A stretch of DNA of 64,000 nucleotides from Mytilus edulis (lineage: Eukaryota). How positions within the stretch are numbered: the first letter of the stretch is position 1; each line of letters begins with the position of its first letter. The position numbers and the translations under genes are program-made. The notes beneath the pieces are model-generated. The model did no database searches, had not been told where the DNA came from, and saw only the letters and a list, made by a program, of their open reading frames with translations. This document shows positions 28,001-40,000 of the stretch, one piece after another. Location: the NCBI RefSeq assembly GCF_963676685.1, contig NC_092356.1, forward strand, positions 38,254,001 through 38,318,000, in the 5' to 3' direction.

Positions 28001-31000
28001 ATTGTGACTTGAACGGAGAGTTATCGCATTGGCACTCATACAACATCTTCTTATATTTACTTACAGAGTACTGCTAGATTTTAACATTAAGGTCCGTCTT
28101 ACGAAAGGGTATTCAATCCATAGATATATATATAATTTTATTTTGAGTGCAACCTGATATAACATTGTATACATACATTGATACAAAGTCAATCAGCCAG
28201 CCTTCAAAGGCTTACGAAGCACTATCAATTAATATCTATAATTTGCGCTAATATTGAAAATATGAAATTTATACTTCAAGGACATTTTAAAACAAGATTA
28301 TTTAGATATCACAATGAGAAAGTAACTGAGTTCTGATTTTAGAAATATTGAATATATAGTTTGACACTAGTTTACAGTTTGTATTTAGCAATTTAATGAG
28401 AATTTCGTGACTGTGTTAGCGTTAGTATTCATGTAATATTTGCCACTGAAAGTTTTAAAATACAAAACAAGTAAAGGACGAAAAATAAACCAAAAATAGT
28501 TCAGATGTATGTTCATGTTCAGGTCACTCACTGTGGTCTATTGCCTGTCAACAGAGATGAAGGGAGATAGTTGCATCCGATTATGTCGGAAAGGACAGTT
28601 CGTTTTTCAATACAGAGGTAGCTGGTTCTCTCTGAATACATTGGTTCTTTCAAAAAATGGCTAACGTGACATAGGAAAGAGAGCTGCAAGTGGCACACAC
28701 AATCAATCAGTTATTTTCAAATCACTTTTAGACATTTACTTGGCATAGATCATTATTGGCAAAAAAGTATATATAACAACTGAAACATACATCTGGTAGA
28801 AAAATATAAATTCAAATAAGTCAAGAGGGGCACCAACAGAAATAGAAACTGCAATGTTACTCTTTATTTTATCGGATCTCAAAATTTTAACTCTTACCAC
28901 AATTTTCACTATGATAACTCATAGTATAAATCGGAAGCTTATAAGTGTAACGAAAACTTATACAACTCAAAGTAAAACTCAAACTTTAACTCAAAATAAA
29001 GCTGTAACTCCAACTTAATCTCTTAATCTACCTGAACGTTTAGCCATATCTGATAAAAAAAAATAGTTAGATAAAAATTCCACAGAAAAAATAGTTATCT
29101 ATAATATGTCCACAGAAAACGGTATAAATGTAGCAAAACAGGATAAAATCAAAATCCGTTTATAACAATTTTTTTTTATTATTATATATCAATATTGGGA
29201 TGTGTATTTTGTCCAGTGGCGGTTTCATGATGTTTTGTAAGATATAATCAACCAAATTTTTCCAACAAAAAGGGGTAGGCGGGTTCCTGCCCACGCCCTT
29301 TGCTTAATTCGCCTCTGTTGTCATTGTGTGGTACATCTATCAGATGCAGTGCATTGCATAACATTACAAGTTGATCGACTTATTGAACGGTGATAATAAA
29401 TAAGAAATCGTAAAGCTCTAATACCCAGACAATGGACATTGAACAATATGATAATGTATGTACAATGAATATGAATACGGTGTGACGATGATCGAACTCA
29501 GTAAAAATTTGTTGCCACAGTTTGAATAAGTTATGCAGCGTTGTGTTAGTACGGAAATTTTAACCAATTGTCCTTTCGCTACATGTGGTTCGACATTAAG
29601 GTTTTTTTTATCATGCTGGGTTTTGCATTTTTTACATGGATTTTCAAGTTTTATCTTCCCGGTCCGAATGGACAAGGCAGTGCAATTGTTCTGCCTGTAG
29701 ACAAAAAGGCACGCACTTCTTTTCAGCGGAAACACTGCAAGCCGAAAATAATTTCTATCATATATGGCATGAGGCAATCATTAATTTCGTTTTCCTCATA
29801 CAAAAAATGCAATTAAAAAGAATGAGATGATTTCATCGTGGACAATATTTTTTTAAACTTTGTTGAACAATTCCATAGATTGATAAAAATATTAATGAAT
29901 AATCAAAATACCTTAAAAAACCATTTCAAACATGATATAAAGTTTGTAGTGAAATAATTTGTTTCAACTCAACGCAAGCTTTGCACAAAATGCTGCTGTA
30001 CCAGCAACGTCTTTCTATAACGTTAAAGAAAAGTTATATTTCCCGCCAAAAATCGATAATATGATTATTTCCTTTTTAGCGGTTTTAAAACATCGGTGAC
30101 CCCCCTTTTTTATTTATGCTTTTTAAATCTTCTCTGAAGCTGCAACTTATGCAGAAGTTTAAAGGAAAAAACATTAGTAGATTTTTTTTATTTTGAGAAA
30201 AATCTAGAATAGATAGGAATTAAAATGGCGGGAAATATTAAAAAGCCTTGAAAAGCAAGGAAATTGCTACAAATAACTGTTTTCAAGGTACAAGTTATAT
30301 TTGACTGTTTTTATTTTCTCAGTTAAACATCTTTTTTTAATAATTTTGGATTTTTTTAACAACTTGGAGGGCTATTTTTATATTTTGGTTATTAGCGATT
30401 CTTTAAGTTTTGATGACGTCATATCTCGAAAACAACATCGGTGACCCCAATTTTTTTTTCGCCTAAAATTTCGTAATAAGTATGATTTATCTGCATGCAA
30501 AATTTCAATTAATTATTATTAGTAGTTTAAATAGTGTGATTTCCCTTTAAGTTTCAAGTTAATTGGACTTCAACCTCATCAGAAAAATATCTTGACTAAA
30601 AACTTTAACCTGAAGCGGGACAGACAGACAGACGAATGGATGGATGTACAGACCAAAAAACATAATGCTCCCAAGGTTGGGCAAGAAGGGGCATAAAAAA
30701 AGAAGATAATTTACCTCCAGTAACTGATTCACTTGCTTGTGTGTCAACTGATAAAGGAATAGTAGCAGGATTGTTCCATCCAAGGGCCTTCATTGCAGAC
30801 TTCGAACCTGTTTTTGTATCAGTGTCAGGCAGCACAGCTCCTTTAAGATTTTGTTGTATCAAATTATTCTAAATAATAAAAAATAACTTTAAACAAAGCC
30901 CTAATTATACAACATTAATTGCAAACTTGATAAGTCTTTAGACACCTAAATGGGAGGAAGCTAATGAATAGGAAGAATTTACTGTTGTTTCATTCTATGC

Positions 31001-34000
31001 AGTCCAAGGTAGGCTTCATGGATTTTTAATAATAAGTGACAAAATAAATGTTTAAAATAGTTTCGCAACCTTTTTCTCTTCATTATATATATGAAAAAAA
31101 GGTTCAAATTGTTTTAAAATGATTTTTAAAAATGGGATAACATATTAATTGATGAATTCCCAGGTTATTTGAGATAAACTCTAACAGGTTTTGAAACATA
31201 TCGGATGAAAAGTAAATTCACAGGTCAAATCCTGCAAAATACATTTCACTTGACAGGTATGCATGCATCGTATCTCAAAGATAAAACAGTGATGACACTG
31301 ACATCAAAAATTTCTAAAAAAAGAAAAGACAAGAAAGTGTCTCTAGTACACGGATGCCCCATCTCCACTATCATTTTCTATGTTCAGTGGACCGTAAAAA
31401 TGAGGTAAAAACTCTAATTTGGCATTAAAATTAGAAAGATTACATGCATCATAGGGAACATGTGTACTAAAATTAGAAAGATCATATCATAGGGAACATG
31501 TGTACTAAGTTTCAAATTGATTGGACTAACTTCATCAAAAACTATAACCCAAATAATTCAGTCCTTATATTTTGCTGATCTACGATTATTACATTAACGC
31601 TTGAATGCATAGACATTGAAAAATCTACAATCAACATTTGGAATTAGCTTGGGATTTACCTATCTCGATAAAATTGAGCTGATTTCTGATTTGTAACCTC
31701 CTCTACAGGGCAACAATCAAAATCCAAGATTCATGAAGAGTTTTTGTTGTGTTAGTAATTCAGGCCCACGCAAGTAGGAGAGATCGATTACAGGGAGGGA
31801 CTGAATTATTCAGGTAACAAAAACTACCTCAACCACAACTTTAACCTGAAGTGGGACAGACGGACGAACAAACAGACGGACGAATGAATGGACTGACGGA
31901 CAAACGGACAGACGGACCAGTAAACATAATGCCCATAAATGGGACATAAAAATCATTATTTTATGTAAGGGTCTAGGTTAAGGTGCAATCATGTGATTTA
32001 TCGTGATAAGTTGATACACCTTCATGTCAAATAAGTTAAAAAAGAAAAAAATACTATAAAAACATTAAGTCTCCATAAGTCAAAGTGGGGATATAATACT
32101 TTTTTATGGCATATAAATTGTTCAAACTAAAGACTAAATTTTGGCCTTCCCTACTTCTTTTGGCAACTATTTTCTTTTTGTGTCCAATCCTATTTTCTAT
32201 TTGTGTCCAATCTTATTGTCAATGTTTTTGAACAATAAAATATGTTTAAACTAACTATTTTCTTGTTCATTACTATTAAATAAAAGTGTGTAATATTATA
32301 CCTCATATTTTTTCACTTCATCAATATATTCTTTTATTTCTTTTGAAGAAGCTTTTCTTTTCATTAAAATTCTCATTCCAGTTTTGAAATCTGAAACCTT
32401 AGGCCTGAAAATGTCAGAAATATAAAATAAATAATAATTCAGTAACACCAAGTATCATACCCTTAAAATCATAATTTAACCAGATGCTTCGCAAGGTGCA
32501 GCTTTATACGACCGCAGAGGTTGAACCCTGAACGGTTGGGGCAAGTATGGACACAACATTCAAGCTGGATTCAGATCTAAATTTGGATTGTGATTAAATA
32601 GTTGACACAGCATAGGTTTCTGACACAGAATGAATGTGGTCTAATGAACTTAAAATATTTTTTTTGCCTTTGAGCAATTCACTATGCTGTTGAAAAAATG
32701 TTTGAAGAAATTTAAATGTAAAATAAAGTGCTTGTTATCACTGAATGGTAAAGATTGTTTTAATTTATCAGTTGCTAGTTAAAGTGAATATAATTGTATA
32801 TTGTATAAAACAATGATTTAAGGAGGTATGGGTGTCTTCCTCCATCTTGGATTGTAAAAAACAGAGAAGCTAAGGTCCAGATTTTCTATTAAGTTAGCAA
32901 AATTTGATGCAGCAATGCAGATATTTAATGTGAATTTTCATTTAAAAGAACCAATTTATAAGAATATAACTTATAAATATTAGTATTTTAACAAGAGTTG
33001 ATTATTTTCGTTTTTTTTAATTGTTTTCAAATTGGCCTTTTAAAGGGAGATAACTCTAAAACAGTGCATTTTCTGAAGGATCCTACATGGAATTTTCCTA
33101 TTTTGTATTTTAGCTGGAAAAAACGTACGGTGACCCGATCTTTTCTTATGATTTTCTGAAAGTATTGTCTGAAAGCTTTCTTTTCCTAATTTCTTTTGCA
33201 ATTCTATCATTTCGTTTAGTTTCTAATCACAAATTGGTGTTTTTTCCTGTATAATCCATACAAAATGTGTCATTTTGTCACCACTTGTAGCTTGAGAAAA
33301 TGCGCGGTGACCTATCATTTTTATTATATTTTTGAACATATATCAATAGATACTACGTTTTGGCAAAATATGAACAAATTCTATCATTTTTATTTTAGAC
33401 TCCCATACCACCTTTTTTTGATTTAAGTTGATTCAACTACTATTCTGGACAAAGAAAGATAACTCCAATTGAAAATTTCTTGCTATTGCACAATATTGTG
33501 CAATTAGATATTTCATGCTATTGCACAATACTGTGCAATTGAAAATATTTGCTATTGCACAATACTGTGCAATTGAAGATTTCTTGCTATTGCGCAATAG
33601 TGGCAATTGAAAATTTCTTGCTATTGCACAATACTGTGCAATTGAAGATTTCTTGCTATTGCTGAATACTGTGCAATTGAAAATTTCTTGCTATTGCACA
33701 ATACTTTATATAATAATTTTGGATCCTGATTTGAACCAACTTGAAAACTGGGCCCATAATCAAAAATCTAAGTACATTTTTAGATTCAGCATATAAAAAA
33801 AGCCCAAGAATTCAATTTTTGTTAAAATCAAACTTAGTTTAATATTGGACCTAATTGGAATTTAATGTAGACCAATTTGAAAACGGGACCAAAAATTAAG
33901 AATCTACATACACAGTTAGATTTGGCATATCAAAGAATCCCAATTATTCAATTTTTGATGAAATCAAACAAAGTTCAATTTTGGACCCTTTGGACCCCTT

Positions 34001-37000
34001 ATTCCTAAACTGTTGGGACCAAAACTCCCAAAATCAAAGCCAACCTTCTTTTAATGGTTATAAACCTTGTGTTTAAATTTCATAGATTTCTATTTACTTA
34101 TACTAAAGTTATGGTGCAAAAACCAAGAATAATGCTTATTTGGGCCCCTTTTTGGCCCCTAATTCCTAAACCGTTGGGACCTCAACTCCCAAAATCAATC
34201 TCAACCTTCCTTTTGTGGTCATAAACCTTGTGTTTAAGTTTCATTGATTTCTATTTAATTATACTAAAGTTATTGTGTGAAAACCAAGAATAATGCTTAT
34301 TTGGACCCTTTTTTGGCCCCTAATTCCTAAACTGTTGGAACCAAAACTCCCAAAATCAATCCCAACCTTCCTTTTGTGGTCATAAACCTTGTGTCAAAAT
34401 TTCATAGATTTCTATTAACTTAAACTAAAGTTATAGTGCGAAAACCAAGAAAATGCTTTTTGGGCCCTTTTTGGCCCCTAATTCCTAAAATGTTGGGACC
34501 AAAACTCCCAAAATCAATCCCAACCTTCCTTTTGTGGTCATAAACCTTGTGTTAAAATTTCATAGATTTCTATTCACTTTTACTAAAGTTACAGTGCGAA
34601 AACTAAAAGTATTCGGACGACGACGACGCAGACGACGACGCCACCATCATACCAATATACGACAATTTTTGCGATCGAATAAAAAGCCTTCAAATAAATT
34701 ATTATAGCAAATTTTACTTTTCACTTTTCACTTTTCCTTTACACAGCATTACTTCTGAATTCAAAATGGATATCAAAGTCAAATGATAATCAATGTATAT
34801 GTATTCTGTATACGTAGTATAGTAAACCAGAAGGTTGACTTAAAATAAATGTTTTTTATACGTATATTTTGTTTAACAGTCCCTTTAGTCTATCATTGGG
34901 AGAGAGAGGGGAAAAGAGTATGTTAAAAAAGCAGGTAACAAGGAATTCATTCGCTTCATATACCACTTTTAGAAAATAATTAATATATATATATGATATG
35001 CCCATTTCTAGGAATAGAAATGAACTTCAAGTACTTGAAATGTATTTTCTGTTTGGACTGACCAACAGTATGATAGTGGTATGACATAACACCACAGAAA
35101 AGTTATGAAGAATGAAGTTAAAAATTCTTCTACATTTTAACCCAGACACCCCACAGAGAGTCAAATAGTAGACAATCATATCACAACCACATCTTAGCTT
35201 GGGGTTTCTACCAAATATTTGAATGTCTTTACTGATGTATTGTTTCCTAAAGAACATAAAAAAACTCAGGTAAATTTTTCAAAAGCCTACACCAAAACAT
35301 TGAATTGTAAAACAGTGCACACAGAAACTCTGCAATAATTGAAACTCTTAAAATGTTGCACTAAAAACCCTATTGGGATTATCAATAGTTGGCAGGTCTA
35401 GATCTGAAACTGTTGTATTTCTCTATTTGTTTCATCCTATCAAATATTATACAACTAAAGTCACTCTTTCTATCCTTTGACTAGTTCCTGGACAAGAATT
35501 AAAGAACTATATATAAATTTAGGCAATAAAGCATCAGAAAATAAGGGAAATTATTTTTTAAATTGTTATTATTGACAAAAAGAAATGGTATTCTTTGTTA
35601 TACTAAATCACATACTCTGTTGTAGCTCTTCTACGTCTCTTTTTCCCAATAAATGATGAACATGCAAAATCAGTAGAATTCACTAATACGTAGGTCTTAC
35701 AAAATCCATCAGCTAGATAACACACTTGTAGGTCTACAGTAACTGCATATTTTGATGAATCAAATCCTGATGCTAAGCTGTAGTTATACTGGAAAGTGTC
35801 ACCTATATTCTCTGTCACTACTTTATCTGAAATATTTTATATCAATAATTTAGAATACATTCCTTTATCCTGAGATAAATTAAAATTGATGTTCAGTACA
35901 TGCATCAATAAACTATTGAAATACAGATGTGTCTCATTATTTTTCAGCAATTCATAAATAACTACCTATCGCCTTTTCAATTTCAATTACATAAAAATAT
36001 GTATAACAAGAATGTGTCCCCAGTACACGAATGCCCCACTCGCACTATCATTTTCTATGTTCAGTGGACCGTGAAATTTGGGTAAACCCTCTAATTTGGC
36101 ATTAAAATTAAAAAGATCATATCATAGGGAACATGTATACTAAGTTTGAAGTCGATTGGACTTCAACTTCATCAAAAACTACCTTGACCAAAAACTTTAA
36201 CCTGAAGCGGGACAGACGGACGAACGAACGGAACGGACGCACAGACCAGAAAACATAATGCCCCTCTACTATCGTAGGTGGGGCATAAAAATTCTAAAAT
36301 GTATTCATAACATCAATGAAAGGAAGTTAAAAGTTCAAATACAATTGTAAGTATGCTTTATCATATCACCATGCACATTTAACATTAAATTGTGGTTTTC
36401 TACAGTAACTTTGTTAAAATTTCTGACCAGTTAAACAGTTTGATCTGATAAAACAAATTGAAAGTTGGTCAGAATTTTGAATACACTACTATAGATAGAG
36501 ATCAACTCTTATTTTCAAGTCACAGTAAATTTAATACTTTTTAAACACTAGTTTCAATGTTTTTGCTAAAAAGTTATGTGGTCAAGTGGCATCAATGACC
36601 TCACAGATACAAACAATAAAAATTATTGATACTTATTACAGTTAGTTTTCTTTAAAAAAAATTAAATGGTAAAGGAAAAAAATGTCAAAGATTTTGTTCT
36701 AAATGGTAATACTTTTATATGTGGCGTCACTGGATTAATGTATAGCATCCAATGTAATGGCCCTCACCATATAAATCTACCCAACCTCAATCAAGAACAG
36801 TGTAAACATAGAAATTTTTATTTTAAATCTACCGATTCTTACTTCTAGTTGGACAAACCTGTTTCAACACTTTTCTGCCAATTTTTTCTTTCAATGCTAT
36901 ATTCTAACTCAGTGCAAGAAATAAAGTGAAATGTAACACTAGTCATCCGTTGTCCATTGATAAAGTTGATTGGAAGGCAACATCTTATTCCTTGACAGTC

Positions 37001-40000
37001 AGAGGTATATGTACATACATCTGACATGTAACCAAATAAATACCAACTGCACATAAATGGTGGGGTTTGTAATGTACATTCTGTCGGCTGCCAGAGATCA
37101 AAAGAAATTCCTAAATTGAAAAGAACTTTTACTATAATTAAAACCCATTATTAACAATAAAGGTTTAAATGAACTTGTATGCAGATATGTAAATTTCTCC
37201 TTTCTTTTTTTATTACAAAAAAGTAATTACCGGTATGTACAAAAAAAGTTGTCAGAAGATAACACATCTTGCACAGATTAAAAAAATATGTACTGTTTGT
37301 TGTTCTTTTCTTTCAAATAAGAGAGATCATTGGCAACTCCAGTTATATTATACTGATATAAAAAACCATGCTAGATTTATACTTTTGTTTTTAATAAGGG
37401 AGATGACTTTCAAAGGCATATGACTAACTAACATATTTAACTAAGCCCATTCTGTATTTGCCAGTCCAAAGTCAGGAGCCTGTGATTCAGTGGTTGTCAT
37501 TTCTTGTTGTAAATCATATCTGGTTTTAGTTTATAATTTGCATATGAATCTAGCCATTAGTTGAAATTGTTTTACATTTGTGATTTTTAGGGCCTAGCTT
37601 TTGTAGCTTGATATGCGGTATGGGTGTTGCTCATTGTTGAAACAGTGACCTTTATTTCTAAAAGTCTACATCATTTAGTCTCAGGTCACGAGGAGACTTG
37701 TCTCACTGGCAATCATACCACATCTTCTAATATTTATATTTCAGCTATGTAAAGAGCTAAATTATATAACCACAGCATATTAGAACAAGAATGCTCAGCA
37801 TTTAATATAACAAGAATAGTGTCAGTAGCTATAGGACACCAGGTACTTTTTCCACTATCAAATTACCATGTTAAGGAAATAATGAAAGCTTGGTCTAAAT
37901 TCTATGTTAAGTTGGCATATTTTTTTTTAATTGCACATCAAAATGACCATGTTTACTACGTTTCAATTTGATGAAACTGCAGATTGATGTTAAACCATCT
38001 TCAGCCAAAACTTCCACCTTACATGGGATGGATACAACAGGAAGATAGAGGGATGCACAAGGTCGAAAACTTCTGTACCCTTATTACAAAATGTATCATA
38101 GGCAGGGCATTTACATATAATCTGAATAACTAAAAATAGTGAACAGTACAACAGACCATAATCCACTACCACCAGGCACCAATGAAAAAATAATCCTACA
38201 AACAAACAAAAAAAAAAAAAACCCAAACAAATCATAGCCCAGATAACTTGTCTTTGTACAGAAACAATATGTAGTGGCGTCCCAAGTCAGGAGCCTGTAA
38301 TTCAGTGGTTGTCGTTTGTTTATGTGTTACATATTTGTTTTTCGTTCATTTTTTTTACATAAATAAGGCTTTAGTTTTCTCGTTTGAATTGTTTTACATC
38401 GTCTTATCGGGGCCTTTTATAGCTGACTATGCGGTATGGGCTTTGCTCATTGTTGAAGGCTGTATGGTGACCTATAGTTATTAATGTCTGTGTCATTTTG
38501 GTCTTTTGTAGATAGTTGTCTCATTGGCAATCATACCACATCTTCTTTATTATATTTAACCAATTTCTGTGCACACACTTATGTATAATACTAAAAAATA
38601 TTGACAGTTTTTTTTATTTAATGAGAAACAGCTACTAATATCATAGAAATGGTAAGAGTAAGGCCAACTAAAATTAATCAGAAGATTTTCATCCAGATTT
38701 TTGAAAAAACTGGGGCGGGTGGGAGGATTTTATTTTTTAAATTTTATTTCATACGAAACCCTCTTGTGTCCAGTTCTTCATACCACAGGGCGTATAGGCA
38801 AGTGTAAAATAAGCTTATATCATGTACATAATTTTTTAAACTCTTGAATAAATATCTCTGATTGGCAACTACTGTTATACATGTAATTACAGCTTTAGAA
38901 ACTGGCCTATATATAAACATCAAAATTTAAAACGTAGAGAAACATGAAAAATGCTCTCTTCAGTTGGACTATACCTACACCAAATTCATTTTGCTTTCTA
39001 AGCAATGGTGTGTAGTCCCCATAAAATTAACCAAAATATATTGGTACGAATGTATGCAACACATGTATTATGAGTACAGAAAAAAATTAAAAACTCAAAC
39101 AATGTTGAAAGTAATAGATTTGGTGCTAAAGCAAGATGATGTAAAACATGAACTTAACCAAAAGAAGTAGTTGTTTAATGAATATATTGAGGGTATTGGG
39201 ACAGAGGGTGTTTCCTGTTTGTCAACAAAAAACGACAGCCATCTAAGGTAAATGTAAGGGCTTGCTATAAATTATAATAACATGCGTGTGTTTGTAGACT
39301 TTCTTTTTAGCTCAATTATATTATACGGTCATAAATCTAACAAGTTCGTGCTTATGTCAATTTCTTTAATCCAGTCTTGTTTTTGTACCAATGTGTTCCA
39401 CGACTCGTGCGCTTTGGATATCATTCACAGTCCAATTTCCTGACACAAAGTAATTGTATGAATAAAAATAAAAACGGTTTTCTACTCATTTGTGACACAC
39501 CGCGATTTCCGTTCTTTGACACAGCGTTTTACTCGTAACCCCAATATTTCATGCCTTTCTCGTAATTAATCTCTATTCTCGGTAGATGATGATGTCATCA
39601 TAGAGCAGCAGATTATATGCCGACTTAATCATTTGAGAAATAACTTGTTCAGAAATACAAAACCAAAATTTGAAACAGGAAGTTTGAATGAAACGAAATT
39701 GTAAATGGTTACCGGTAACGGACATGAACAAAATCCGGAAATCGTAAATTTTTTAAAATAAAAAAAAAATCGGGGCGGGACGATTTCAGAGGGGCGGGCG
39801 GGGATGAAAATCTATCAATTAATTTTAATTGGCCTAACAAGAAAATTGCTATAAACGGCAATATGGATTTTTCTGACTTCTATGATACCATAGTATTGTA
39901 CAGAAGTGGCATTTGATCCGATCATAGGAAGTTTTTCATATTCATACCTTTGAATGGAGCTCTTTCAACAGTCGGATCACACTCAGAGTACAGAAGCTGG

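Larger units (their letters stand above)
21219..30546 (+). mobile_element. Autonomous Kolobok-type DNA transposon (9,328 bp), TTAA TSD, perfect 17-bp TIRs
   Basis: TTAA (21215-21218) AGGGAAATCACACTATT ... AATAGTGTGATTTCCCT TTAA (30547-30550). Termini are RR..YY, as in Kolobok and unlike piggyBac CC..GG. It interrupts a copy of a known interspersed repeat and contains an intact DDE transposase gene. Confidence 0.9.

Noticed and set aside
21219-30546. Classification as piggyBac or true Mutator
   Set aside because: The termini are AG..CT rather than CC..GG and the protein lacks piggyBac motifs. A 4-bp TTAA TSD and short TIRs do not fit MULEs (9-11-bp TSD).
33468-33705. Regularly spaced palindromic repeats resembling a CRISPR array
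   Set aside because: No unique spacers, no cas genes, eukaryotic intron context; part of a dispersed element also at ~59890-59995.
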